DNA of 64,000 nucleotides from the human T2T-CHM13v2.0 reference genome, Homo sapiens, in NCBI RefSeq assembly GCF_009914755.1, contig NC_060930.1. One strand, given 5' to 3'. Below are positions 1 through 14,128 of this stretch, piece after piece. The first letter of the stretch is position 1. Each line of letters opens with the position of its first letter. The notes below the pieces were generated by a model. It was not told where the DNA came from, ran no database searches, and was given only the letters and a program-made list of their open reading frames with translations. Made by a program: the position numbers and the translations under genes.

Positions 1-830
1 TTTGCCTTTGGCTGTGTTTGATAACATAGCACAAGAAAGTGATTAACACAAAAAGAATTAGCCAATTTGCAAAAAGAAATTTAGGCCTTGCATCCTGGAA
101 AAAACTAACAGCTTTTTAAAATTGGTTTCAAGAGACAAAGGCCAGCACATCTGTTCTACTGAACAAAATAAAACAATCAAGACCAGATTAAGGTGTGACT
201 GACACATCATTTCAGAAAGCCTCAAGGTAGCTTCCAATAAGTGTGGAGACAGACATAGGACAAGAAAGCCAAAAATTAAAGCAGACTTCAGTATCATGAC
301 TCATGGAACTGACTGGTAAAAAATAAATTAGAAGCCTACTGCATTTTCAAAGGAAAGTTATCATAAGCTTGAACTATTAAATACTTCTGATTGTTCCAAA
401 GGTAGAGTCAGGGAATAAGGAAAATGACAGACATAGGAAGTCTTCCTGAGCAGAATAATAAACATATAAAGGTGCCTCTACCACGCAGGGTAGGAGGTCT
501 TCAAAACATCTGCCCAGTTGAATTTCTAAGTTGCTACAGAGGAGTCACTGCTATGTGCTGCTCAGTCTTCCTTTGTCCAAATGAATTGGTTTTTTGCAGT
601 CATCTTGTTCCTATTTCAATTTTACACACTGATGTGGGCTGTATGCAGGTAACCTGTCTTTTTAGTTCACATATTCACCTCATAATTGATTCACAATGGA
701 ACTGAATGTCTCATGAAAATCATAGATTTTGAATTTGATTAATTAACTTATTGGAACACTGGGTTGTCTCACTTGAAGAGGCATTGTCTGTTTTCTATAT
801 GTGAGAAAAAGAAAAATATATTGGTCTGTG
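1..830 (+). mobile_element. MLT1-type (ERVL-MaLR) internal-region remnant
   Basis: Motif 'gaatttctaagttgctacagaggagtcactgctatgtgc...cttccttt' resembles MLT1-int; boundaries approximate. Confidence 0.55.
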
Positions 831-1559
831 CCACAGGCAGCTAGTGCTTACCAAGCATTCCATATGTTTCCCTAGGTATTCTATTTTGGGGAGTGATGAA
901 ATAGCTGAGCAGCAGACTAGTGTTTCTACCTAGAGCAACTGGAAAGGCAAAATAAAAATGTAGCATACATTTTCCAGAAGGTAGAAGGAAGCTTCTGAGG
1001 CAAGGAAAATAGAAACACTAAGATTCTGGAGACAGAAGAATATTGAAGAAATGACTGGATTCTGCAGAGAATTTTATTTGGGCTCTTTTGATTATTCTGG
1101 GCATTGACAAGAGGCAGAATACGCAGTGAAACTCTGGTGCAGGATTGCTATGTTGGAATGGAGAAACTAATAAGTAGAGATTTAGAGAGCCTCAAGTACA
1201 TGGCTAGTATTGCAAAAACTGGGGCATTATGGGTCAGGAAGCCAAAACTTTAAGGAAAAAGACAGTAAAAAGCAAAGAATTGATGGGACAAAGATTCAAG
1301 TTTGGCTCCTACAAAGGAGGAGAGTCTGCAGAATATATCAGACTCCTGTTTACTTGAAAACTCTGTAGGGACAGGGATGAACATGTGGTAGACCAAATGT
1401 TTTCAGGGCTACACTGATGCAATGACTGTGTCCAGTACCTAGTTGATCAACCACCAATCTCTCTGCCCAACAGAGGCAGGGAGAACCTTCTGAGAAAAGA
1501 GGTAACATAATTAAGAACCGTTACATATTTTATCTATAATACAAGATTATTGATTAAAT

Positions 1560-1912
1560 AGATTAAAGATTAAATACAAGATTATTTAGCAAGGTAAAAA
1601 AAAAAAAAAGAGAAAAATAGACAATAGAAGCATACCCCCGATGATCCAGATAGTAATCCTTGCTCTTAAGGTCATTAAAATGTTTAAGATTGACATGGTC
1701 AAGAAAATCATGAAGAAATAAACAAAATAAATAAAATATGGAAAATTTAACCTGGAAATTAAAATCTATGGAAAAAAAATCAGCTGGAAATTGTAGCAGT
1801 AAAATAACACACATCAAAAGTTAAAATCTCACTAGACGCTTCTAACGAAGATTACACACAGCCAGCAGAAGGCAGTATTAGTGAAGTAAGGTAGATCAAT
1901 AGAAATTGTTCA
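1560..1912 (+). mobile_element. Old L1M ORF1-region fragment
   Basis: A-rich degenerate ORF1-like text 'aaatcagctggaaattgtag...agattacacacagc...gatcaatagaaatt'. Confidence 0.55.
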
Positions 1913-1914
1913 CA

Positions 1915-2240
1915 TGTATCTTAATATTTCCCAACCTCTTTTGCAGTCAACTGTGGCCTTGTGACTGATTTGAGAAAATGAACATGTATAAAAGTGATAT
2001 GTATCTCTAAGGTCAGTCAGGTAAAGATTAGTGTGTCTCTTTAATCCTTCTTGATCTTCTATGATAGCTTCAGAATCATATAGTCCCCACTTTGGAGACA
2101 GTGTCTCCATCGACCAAGGTCACTGAGTAACTGTCAATCTAATCGCCCCACCATCCTTATATACCTATGTGATATCTAAAACATACAAAAGGAATAATTA
2201 TTTCTTGTCAGTCACTGAAATTCTGTTTCCTAATTCCCTG
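1915..2240 (+). mobile_element. Old MLT1 LTR fragment (MLT1H/J-like)
   Basis: 'atttcccaacctcttttgcagtc...tgtggccttgtgactga' and 'ggtcactgagtaactg' resemble MLT1 LTR motifs. Confidence 0.45.
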
Positions 2241-2617
2241 CTGTGAAAGTTATTAAGGGTTAACTCAGTAAACATAATGTATCTATGTTTATATAGAAAG
2301 TTAGTTGGTAAAATCTGCTGATTCTGCCTCAGTTGTTTTTCTCTTTAAATCACACTGCCTCTCAGGTCTCGAGCTATGAGCTAAAATAACCAACTTACTC
2401 ATAATAGTCAAGGAAAAGCCATCTGGAAATCAAGATTTGTTTTGTTATTTGTTATCTTGTTTAATTTGCACAGCAAACACATTTTGTTACCTAGGATTAC
2501 TGAAAGCTTTGTTAGCAAAGGATTTTATCAATTTTCTAACACTGGGTCCAGCAGCAATGTAGCAAAGGCTTGATTTGGTCCTTGATTCTGATCATGGCAA
2601 CATTATTAAAATTAACT

Positions 2618-3921
2618 CTCTGATCTTTCACAAACCTGACAAAAACAAGAAATGGGGAAAGGATTCCCTATTTAATAAATGGTGCTGGAAAAACTGGGTA
2701 GCCATATGCAGAAAGCTGAAACTGGATCCCTTCCTTACACCTTATACAAAAATTAATTCAAGACGGATTAAAGACTTAAATGTTAGACCTAAAACCATAA
2801 AAACCCTAGAAGAAAACCTAGGCAATACCATTCAGGACATAGGCATGGGCAAGGACTTCATGTCTAAAACACCAAAAGCAATGGCAACAAAAGCCAAAAT
2901 TGACAAATGGGATCTAAATAAACTAAAGAGCTTCTGCACAGCAAAAGAAACTACCATCAGAGTGAACAGGCAACCTACAGAATGGGAGAAAATTTTTGCA
3001 ATCTACTTATCTGACAAAGGGCTAATATCCAGAATCTACAATGAACTCAAACAAATTTATAAGAAAAAAACAAACAACCCCATCAACAAGTGGGCAAAGG
3101 ATATGAACAGACACTTCTCAAAAGAAGACATTTATGCAATCAAAAGAAACATGAAAAAATGCTCATCATCACTGGCCATCAGAGAAATGCAAATAAAAAC
3201 CGCAATGAGATATCATCTCACACTAGTTAGAATGGCGATGATTAAAACGTCAGGAAACAACAGGTGCTGGAGAGGATGTGGAGAAATAGGAACACTTTTA
3301 CACTGTTGGCAGGACTGTAAACTAGTTCAACCATTGTGGAAGTCAGTGTGGCGATTCCTCAGGGATCTAGAACTAGAAATACCATTTGACCCAGCCATCC
3401 CATTACTGGGTATACACCCAAAGGACTATAAATCATGCTGCTATAAAGACACATGCACATGTATGTTTATTGTGGCACTATTCACAATAGCAAAGACTTG
3501 GAACCAAGCCAAATGTCCAACAATGATAGACTGGATTAAGAAAATGTGGCACATATACACCATGGAATACTATGCAGCCATAAAAATGATGAGTTCATGT
3601 CTTTGTAGGGACATGGATGAAGCTGGAAACCATCATTCTCAGCAAACTATCACAAGGACAAAAAACCAAACACTGCATGTTCTCACTCATAGGTGGGAAT
3701 TGAACAATGAGAACACATGGACACAGGAAGGAGAACATCACACACTGGAGCCTGTTGTGGGGTTGGGGGAGCGGGGAGGGATAGCATTAGGATATACACC
3801 TAATGTTAAATGATGAGATAATGGGTGTAGCACATCAACATGGCACATGTATACATATGTAAAAAAACTGCATGTTGTGCACTTGTACCCTAAAACTTAA
3901 AGTATAATAAAAATAAATAAA
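2618..3921 (+). mobile_element. 5'-truncated young L1PA (L1PA3/4-like), 3' 1.3 kb
   Basis: Close match to the L1 ORF2 3' end and 3'UTR, G-rich tract 3759-3780, AATAAA plus A-rich tail; TSD TAAAATTAACT at 2607-2617 and 3922-3932. Confidence 0.97.
2620..3703 (+). pseudogene. L1 ORF2p C-terminal fragment (includes the Cys-rich CCHC region [18 protein letters not shown])
   Basis: Stop-free ORF2 translation from [23 protein letters not shown] to EYYAAIK; a 1-bp loss in the A-run near 3582-3586 shifts frame; no EN or RT domain; ORF track start is TTG. Confidence 0.9.
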
Positions 3922-6900
3922 TAAAATTAACTACTAACTACTACACAACCAAATTGGTATCTCCATAACACAAGGACTGAAATTTCTAGGCAAATCCTAG
4001 AGCTGAGCTTCTTTCAGAGCCAGTGGACTAGGGCAGCAGTGGGGCACTGGGGAAGAGGCAGGGGACATGACCTACTGAGACAAGAGTAAGGGTGGCTAAG
4101 GGAGTGCTTGTGCCACTCCTCTCCCATCCACTGGTAGCAGCTGTGTGGTGTGGAAAAATCTGTGCACCTGGGATAGAATGCGGCAATTGTGAGACTTTTC
4201 ATTCAATGTAGTGCTGTCCTGTTATCGCAGAGTGAAGCTGTGCTAGGTTCAGTTAGTACATACACATGGCGGGAGCATTTGGACCATACCTAGCCAGAGG
4301 GGACTCACCCTTTCCAGGGGTTGGAACTTGAGTTTCTCGGTAGGCCTTGCCATCATGGGCCAAAGTGCTCTAGGGTTTTGGGTAAACTCGAAAGGCAGTC
4401 TGTGCCACAAGGACCACAATTTCTAGGCAAATACCAGTGCTAAGGTGGGATTAGAGACAGTGGACTAGGGTGGCACATGACCTAGGGAGACACCAGAGTG
4501 GATAAGGGAGTGTTTGTGCCACCTCTTCTCCAACCTCAGGCTGTGCAACTCATAGCAATGAAAGTGACTCATTCCTTCTGCTTGAGGGGAGCAGAGTGAA
4601 AAGTAAAGAGAACTTTATCTTACATCTTGGATAGCAGTATAGCTACAGTAGGATACAGTCTTGGGCAGAGTCATAAGGCACCCATTCTAAGCCCTAGCTC
4701 ATGGACAACATTTCTAGGTATGCCCTGGGCCCAAAGGGAACCTGCTGCTTTGAAGGGTAGGACCCAGTCCTGGCAGGATTCATCACCTGCTGACTAAAGA
4801 ACCCTTGGGTCCAAAATAACCCACAGCAAAACCCAAGTAATATGACATGGGCCTTGGGCTCTAAGACATGATGGCTTTAGGTGTGACCCAGCACATTCCC
4901 AGCTATGGCAGCTATGGTAAAAGAATCTTTCCGTTTGAGAAAAACAAGAGGAAAAGTAAGGGGACTCTGTCTTGCATCTCAGGTGCCAGTTTGGCCACAA
5001 TGAAGTAGAGGAATAAGCAATCTCTTGGAGTCCCCAAATTCAGGACTAGGCTCTTGATCAGCATTTCTGGACCCTGGGCCAGAGGGGAACCCATTGCCCT
5101 GAAGGGTGAGTCTCAGGCCTGGCAGCATTCACCACAAGCTGACTGAAGAAACCTCCATGGGTTGGTGGTAGTGGTGGCTATAGGGAGAAGCTCCTCTGCT
5201 TGTGGAAAGAGGAGAGAAGAATAGAAAGGACTTTCTACCACCACCACCACCACCCCATGGAGGGTTCTTCCAGGCAACCACTGATGTATACTTAAATTTC
5301 AAGGGTTCTTCAGAAGAAAGAATTAGTAAGCTTGAAGACAGGCTATTTGAAGATACACAAAAGAGGCAAAAGTAAAGAAAAGAAAAACAATGAAGCATGT
5401 CTACAATTTCTAAGAAATAGCCTCAAACATATAAGAAGGTTCTAGAACACCAAGAAGATTTAACCCAAAGAAGACTACCTCAAAGCATTTAATAATGAAA
5501 CTCCAAAAGGTCAACAATAAAGAAAAAATTCTAAAAGCAGGAAGAGAAAAACAAAACAAAAACAAACAAATAACAGAATTGTTCATCAATATGCCTGACA
5601 GAAGACTTTTCAGTGGAAACCTTGCAAGCCAAGAGAGAATGGCAGGCCATATTTAAAGTGCTGAAGGAAACAAACAAACAAAAAAACATGTTTACCCTGA
5701 AATAATATATCCAGTGAAAATGTCTTTCAAGTGTGAAGGAGAAATAAAGAGCTTCCCAGACAAATAAAACCTGAGAGTTTTCATCAATATCAGATCTGTA
5801 CTGCAAGAAATGCCAAAGGGAGGTCTTCAACCTGAAAGAAGGAATATAAATGAGCAATAAGAAACCACCTGAAGGTATAAAACTCACTGGTAATAGCATA
5901 CATAGAAACAGAATATTATAACACTGTAATTGTCATGTGTAAACTAGTCTTCTATTAAGTAGAAAGATTAAATGATGAACCAATAAAAAATAATAATGAC
6001 AACACCTTTTGAAGACTTAGAGAGTAGAATAAGACATAAAGAGAAACACAAAAAGTTAAGAAGTTGGGGAATGAAGTTACAGTGTACAGTTTTTATTAGT
6101 TTTCTTTGTGTTCACGTGTTTATTTCATTGCTTATATAATCAGTGTTAAGTTGTCACCAGTTTAAAATGATGGGTTGTAAGAAAGTATTTTCAAGTCTCA
6201 CAGCAACCTCAAATCAAAAACCATATGTAGCTCTATGAATCTGCAAGACCTACAACATTATTGGGTTTGAGGCCTACGCCCCTTCAAATTCCTGGAAAGC
6301 CTGCCCAAGTATGGGCAGAAACAAGCCCAGACTGTGAAAACTACAATAAACACCTAACTTTTCTATGCCCAGGCACTGACAAACATCTACAAGCATCAAG
6401 ACCCACCAGGAGAATATGACCTCACCAAATAACAGGTATGTAAAGATTAAAAGGCAAGAAATTAAATCATATCACTAGAAAAATCACCTTCACTGAAAGG
6501 AAGACAGGAAGGAAGGAAAGAAAGAAGACCATGAGACAACCAGTAAACAAATAACAAAATGGCAGGAGTAAGTACTTATCAATAATAACATTGAATATAA
6601 ATGGAGCAAACTCTTCAATCAAAAGACAGAGTGGTTGGATGGATGAGAAAGCAAGACCCAATGATCTGTTGCCTACAAGAAATATACTTCACCTATAAAG
6701 ATGCATATCAACTGAAAATAAAGGATGGAAATAGATATTCCATACCAATGGAAACCAATAAGAAGCAGGAGTATCTATACTTATATAAGACAAAATAGAT
6801 TTCCAGAGAAAAACCATAAGAAGAAACAGAGTAGGTCATTATATAAATATAACGGGATCAATTCTGTAAGAGGATATAACAATTTTAAATATATATGCAC

Positions 6901-7916
6901 CCAGCATTGGATCACCCAGATATATAAAGTAAATATTATTAGAGCTAAAGAGAGAGATAACTTCAACACAATAATAGCTGGAGACTTCAACACCCTGCTT
7001 TCAGCATTGGACAGATCTCTGAGATAGAAACTCAGCAAAGCAACATTGGACTTAATCAGCACTATAGATCAAGTGGACCTAATAGTTATTTAAACAATAT
7101 TTACTTCATCCAAAGGCTGCAGATTACACATTCTTCTCAGCACAGATCATTCTCAATTTTAAAAAATTTAAAAAATGCCAGGCATCTTCTCTGACAACAA
7201 TGGAATAAAACTGTAAATCAATAACAGGAGGAATTTTGGAGACTATTCAAATACATGAAAATTAAACAACATGTTCCTGAATGACCAGGGGCCAAAGAAG
7301 TAATTAAGAACACAATTGAAAAATTTTTTGAAACAAATGATAATCGAAACACAACATACCAAAATCTATGGGATACAGCTAAATAAGTATTAGAGGGAAA
7401 TTTATACCTCTAAGTGCCTACCTCAAACGAAGAAAAAAACTTCAAATAAATACCCTAATGATACATCTTAAGTAACAAGAAAACCAAGAGCAAATCAAAC
7501 CCAAAATTAGTAGAAAAAAAGAAGTAATAAAGATTAGAGCTGAATAAATGAATTTGAAATGAAGAAAACAATATGAAAGATCAATGAAACAAAAAGTAGG
7601 TTTTTTGAGAAGATAAATAAAATTGACAAACTTTTAGCCAGACCAACAAAGAAAAAAAGAGGGAAAACCAATATAAATAATAATAGACATGCAAAAGGTG
7701 ACATTACGACTGATACCACAGAAACTTGAAGAATTATTAGGGGCTACTATGAGCAAATGTATGCCAACAAATCAGAAAGCCTAGAAGAAGTGATAAATTC
7801 CTAGACATGTCCAATCAACCAAGATTGAATCATAAATAAATCCAAAGTCTGAAAAGACCAATGACAAGGAACAAGGTGAATCCATAATGAAAAGTCTCCC
7901 AATTAAGAAAAGCCTG

Positions 7917-8346
<430 letters not shown>

Positions 8347-10284
8347 CTATGAGGTCAATATGACCTGATACCAAAACCAGACAGACACACCAAAAAATAC
8401 ATTTTACGCCTAATTCTTCTATATTAGGCATAAAATGCTTGAACAAAATACTAGCAAACTGAAGAGTTAGGTGTAACAATCCTCAACAAAATATTAGCAA
8501 ACCAAATTGAACAATACATTTAAAAGATCATTCATCATGAAAAAGTAAAATTTATACCAGAGATGCAAGGATGGTTCAAACCATGCAAATCATTCAATGC
8601 AATACATCCTATCAACAGAAGGAAGGACAAAAACCACATGACCATTTCAATCGATGCTGACAAAGCATTTTATAAAATTCAACATCCCTTTGTGATAAAA
8701 ATGCTCAAAAAACTGGGTCATAAAGAACATGCCTCAACATAATAAAAGCCATATATGACAGACCCACAGCTGGTATCAAACTGAATATGAAAAATCTGAA
8801 AGCCTTTACTCTAAGATCTGGAACACGACAAAGATGCCCACTGTCACTACTTTTACTCAACATAGTACTAGAAGTCCTAGCTAGAGTAATCAGACAAGAG
8901 AAGGATGTAAAGGGCATCCAAATGGAAAAGAAAAAGTCAAATTACACGTGTTAGCAAATGACATGATCTTATACTTGTCAATACCTAAAGACTCTGTGAA
9001 ATAAACTATTAGAACTGACAAACAAATTTAGTAAAGTCACAGAATACAAAATCAACATACAAAAATCAATAGCATTTCTATATGCCAACAGTGAAACACC
9101 TGAAGAAGAAATAAAAACATAATCCCAGTTACAATAGCCACACATAAAACTAAATACTTAGAAATTAACCAAAGAGGTGAAAGATCTCTATAATGCAAAC
9201 TATAAAGCAGTGATAAAAGAAATTGATGTAACACCAAAAAATGAAAAAATATCTCATGTTCATGAGTTGGAAGAATCAATGTCATTAATATATCCATACT
9301 ACCCAAAGCAATCTACAGATTCAACACAATCCCTATTAAAATACCAATGACGTTCTTAACAGAAATAGAAAAAAATCCTAAAATTAATATAAAACCACAA
9401 AAGACTCAGAATAGCCAAAGTTATCCAGAGCAAAAAGAACAAAACCAGAGGAATCACTTTACTTAATTTCAAATTTACAAAGCTATAGTAACAAAACAGC
9501 ATGTTATTAACATAAAAACAGACACATAGACCAATGGAACAGAATAAAGAAACTAAAAGCAAATTTGTACACCTACAGTGAACTCATATTTGACAAAGGT
9601 GTCAAGAACATACACTGGGGAAAGGACAGTCTTTCAATAAATGGTGCCCAGGAAACTGGATATTCATATGCAGAAGAGTGAAACTGGACCTCTATCTCTA
9701 GCCATTTACAAAAATCAAATCAAAATTAACTAAAGACATAAGTCTAAGACCATAAACTATGAAAATTCTGCAAGAAACATTAGGGAAACTCTTTCAGACA
9801 TTGGTTTGAGAAAAAATTCCTTGAGTAATACCCCACAAGCACAGGAAACCAAAACAAAAATGGACAAACGGAAGCTAAAACTTCTGCACTGCAAAGGAAA
9901 CAATTATCAATGTGAAGAGACAGTCCACAGAATGGGAAAAAAATATTTGCAAACTGCCCATTTGTCAAGGGATTAATAACCAGAATATATAAGGAGCTCA
10001 AACAACTCTATAGAAAATAATTTAATAATCCAATTTGAAAATCGGAAAATTTTGAATATTTGTTTCTCAAAAAAAATAGATACAAATGGCAAACAGGCCT
10101 ATGAAAAGGTGCTCAACATCGCTGATTATCAGATAAGTACAAATCAAAACTACAATGAGATTTTATCTCACCTCAGTTAAAGTGGCTTTTATCTAAAAGC
10201 CAGACAATAGCAAATCCTGGCAAATGTGGAGAAAAGGAAACTCACATAGGCTGTTTGTGGGAATGCAAATCAGTACCACCACTA

Positions 10285-10724
<440 letters not shown>

Positions 10725-11429
10725 CTATGCTCCTATGTTTGTTGCAGCACTGTTTACAATAACTAAGATTTGGAAGCAACTTAAATGTTTATCAACAGAT
10801 GAATGAATAAAGAAAATGTGGTACATCTACACAATGGAGTACTATTCAGCCACAAAAAGAATGATATCCAGTCATTTGCAACAACATGCATGGAACTGGA
10901 GATCATTATGTTAAATGAAATAAGGCAAACACAGAAAGACAAACATTGCATGTTCTCAATTATTTGTGGGGTCTAAAAATCAAAACAATTGCACTCATGG
11001 ACATAGAGAGTAGAAAGTTACCAGAGGCTGGGAAGAGTGGAGGTGGGGATGACTAATGGGTACAAAATAAAACTAGTTAGAAAGAATAAATAAGACCTAT
11101 TTGATAGCACAATAGGGTGACCGTAGTCAATAATAATTTTATTGTAAGTTTTTAAATAACTAAAAGTTTATAATTGGATTTTTTGTATCACAAAGAAGAA
11201 AAACTTAAGGGAATGAATACCCCATTTTACATGTTGTGATTAGTATACGTTGCATGTCTGTAACTGGGTATCTCATGTACTCCATTAATATATAACCTAC
11301 TATGTACCCACAAAAATTGAAAATAAAATAATTTTTAAAAGATGCCAACACAACATGAAATTATAAGAATTCATCACATCAGTTTTTGGAGTGCAACTGA
11401 CTTATGTTAAATTATTTATCTGACAATTA

Positions 11430-11570
11430 CTAGTATAATGTCTTAAACCTCTTTGAGTTCCATTTTTATTTTTCTTTATTTTTTAAGCACAAGGATAATA
11501 GTCCTGACTCATAGAGATGTAAGAATTAAATATGATAATACAGGGTACATGGTAAATGCTCAATAGTTGG
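11430..11570 (+). mobile_element. MIR fragment
   Basis: 'cttaaacctctttgag...aaggataatagt...gaattaaatatgataat...gtaaatgctcaata'. Confidence 0.65.
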
Positions 11571-12059
11571 CTTCCAGGAATAGTAGCTACACCACAATGT
11601 AGTTGTGTATGTAAATGTTTCTGTATCTCAGTACTACAGAGCCAGTAAAATTGTTTTAAAAGATGAAGCCTCTAGTATTTCAGGAAATGATAGGAGTTAA
11701 ATACCCACCAGGGGTAGCTAAAAACAGAAAAAGTAATCATTGTGTTTGAAAGTAAAGTTGTACTGGTAATATAGAGGTAGATTGCTACTTCCTTAAGACA
11801 GCTCTTTGTCTCCTCATTGAATGTAAAGGTATTTTAAAACTGTCTTACTGCTATCAAAATCAAGGATAACAGCTAACATTCATAAATACCATTAACAAAG
11901 GGTGACAAAATACAACTTATTTCAAAATAATTTATGATAATAAACCAAATATGTCAATACTTTTCTTCTTAAAAATGAATATTTATTGAATGTCTTCAGT
12001 AAGTCTTTTAGGCACTTGACAGCAACTGGTAAACAAAAATGTTTACCTCCCTACATTAG

Positions 12060-13030
12060 AAGTCATATACCAAAACCATTTGTTATTTAAAAAATATCCT
12101 ATTGGTTATGCAGCCCAGCCATGATTCAGTGTGGGTGGGGATTCCATAAAGCACCGCTGCCAGAATACAAGGAATATTCAGGACAAACTTGGAGGCTGCC
12201 TAACTCAGCTTGCCCTCTGACCTATGATAAATCATGTTCCTCCCATATGCAAAACATACTCCTCTCTTCCCAAAGTCCCCAAAAGTCTCATTCTTTGACA
12301 GCATCAGTCAACGTTATAACTTTTACCACCTAAATTAAGACCAAGTGTAAATGAGGCTCCAGGGATCCAGTTCTGGGCTCTCACTATAAAGACTTGAGAA
12401 CTAAATAGAAAAGTTGTCTTTTTACCATACTCCTAATGCAGATTCTCTTTTGAAACAGGCAAAGATTAGCCACTCTTAACTATCCCATTGAAAAAGAAAG
12501 ACAATAAGAGTCACATAGGAGTCACTGGTTTGTAACAATCCTTAAATTCCACAGGGAGCATACTGCCAGTTCCTTCATTAGCACTAAAGGCCTGGTAATG
12601 ATTTGAAGGATTATTTTGCCCTTCCAGATGTTCTTTCTTTGTTCAGAAATGGAGCCTGGATTTGCAGCTGAGTAATTTTTTCAGTTTACTTTCAGGTAGT
12701 AAAATTTGGGGGATCTAAATTCCTCTTTTTATTTTGTACTCTCTCTGTCTTCTTCTGATCAACCTTGCAATGTTTCTGCTAGTATAATTTTCTTAAAATT
12801 TCTTTGGTCCTTTATGAATCATACTGGGGTACATATCATTAGACAAAAGCCACACCACCTATAAGCATCTTCAAGATAATATGTATTCTACCTTGGTTTC
12901 AGCTTAGTCTATGACAAATAAGTCCTATTGTTTAACTGAATGGTTCTCTGAGGTACCACTATATATTTTTCTGAGATTTTCAACATTGAATTTTACAGTC
13001 ATATGTATGGCTTCCCCTTTAAGTCATACT
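12060..13030 (-). mobile_element. MaLR (MLT1) internal-region remnant
   Basis: 'tcccatatgcaaaacatactc...ccccaaaagtctca...cagcatcag' resembles antisense MLT1-int; adjoins an MLT1 LTR. Confidence 0.45.
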
Positions 13031-13039
13031 TTCCAAGCT

Positions 13040-13503
13040 AAAACAATATGCATTCATTATGTCTCACAGTTTCTTTTTTAAAATAAATTTTATTGTATAT
13101 ATTTGAGGTTTACAACATAATGTTATGGGATACATATAGATAGTTCTGTGGATAAAGCATTCAGGGGCAGCTCATCTGGATGATTCTGGTTGTCTCTCAT
13201 GAATTTGTAATCAAAATGGGGGCCAGGTATGCAATCATCTAAAGGCATAACAAGAGTTGGAAGATCTACTTTCAAGGTGGTTCACTCACATGGCTGGCTA
13301 CTATTTGCGAGTTGTTGGCAGAAGGCCTCAGTCCATCCCCATATGAACTGAGACGCCCTTCCACAAGGGCATCTGAATGTCCTCATGATATGAAAGATGG
13401 CTTTCTCCAGAGTAAATGATCCAAGAAAGGACAAGATAGAAACTGAAGTATCCTTTATTTCCTAGCCCTGCAAGTCATGCAAAACCACCTCTATAGTATT
13501 CTA
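13040..13503 (-). mobile_element. MLT1 LTR (MLT1H/I/J-like), interrupted by a short L1 tail
   Basis: 'tctcacagtttct...gtgg', 'ttcaaggtggttcactcacatggctggc', 'gttggcagaaggcctcag'. Confidence 0.75.
13074..13141 (-). mobile_element. ~70-bp L1MA 3'-terminal fragment
   Basis: 'ttttattgtatatatttgaggtttacaacataatgttatgggatacatatagata' is an antisense L1MA 3' end; flanked by agtttct/agttct. Confidence 0.7.
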
Positions 13504-13504
13504 T

Positions 13505-14080
13505 CTTTCTTTCTTGGGAAGTTTTTAATGACTGATTCAATCTCCTTATTTGTTATTAGTCTGTTCAGCTTTTCTATTTATTCATGATTCAGTCTTGGTA
13601 GGTTATACGTTTCTAGGAATTTTTACAACATGGATGGACCTGGGTGATATTATGGTTAGTAAAATAAGTCAGACACACAAACAAAACACAAATATTGTAT
13701 AATCTCACATATATGTGGAATTTAAAAATTTTGAACTCAAAAGACAGAAAAAGGGTAGTTGCTAGTGTCTAGGGGGTGAGGGACATGGGGAGATATTGGT
13801 CAAAGGGTACACACTTTCAGTTATAAGAATAAGTTCTGGACATCTAAGGTGCAGCATAGTGACTATAGTTAATAATATTGTATTGTTTGCTTGAATTTTG
13901 ATAGAGAAGATTTTAAGTCTCCTTTTCCCCACCTTCAACACACAATATCTATGAGTGATAATGAATGTTTTGACTGTTATAATCATTACACAATGTGTAT
14001 ATATGTATATAAATCAACACACTGTACATGTCAAATACATATAATTTTAATTGTATGTCAATGAAAATTTCAAAATAAAT
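13505..14080 (+). mobile_element. L1MA/MB 3' end (13626-14080, +) preceded by an antisense ORF2 piece (13505-13625)
   Basis: Antisense 'ttcagtcttggtaggttatacgtttctaggaattt' joined to sense 'acaacatggatggacctgg...aataagtcagacac'. Confidence 0.75.
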
Positions 14081-14128
14081 GATAACAATTATTTTAGAAC
14101 CTTTTTGTAGCAATTTAACACTTTATTA

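Noticed and set aside
2575-3813. 412-aa ORF as a host gene
   Set aside because: L1 ORF2p C-terminal fragment within a TSD-flanked truncated L1; non-ATG start
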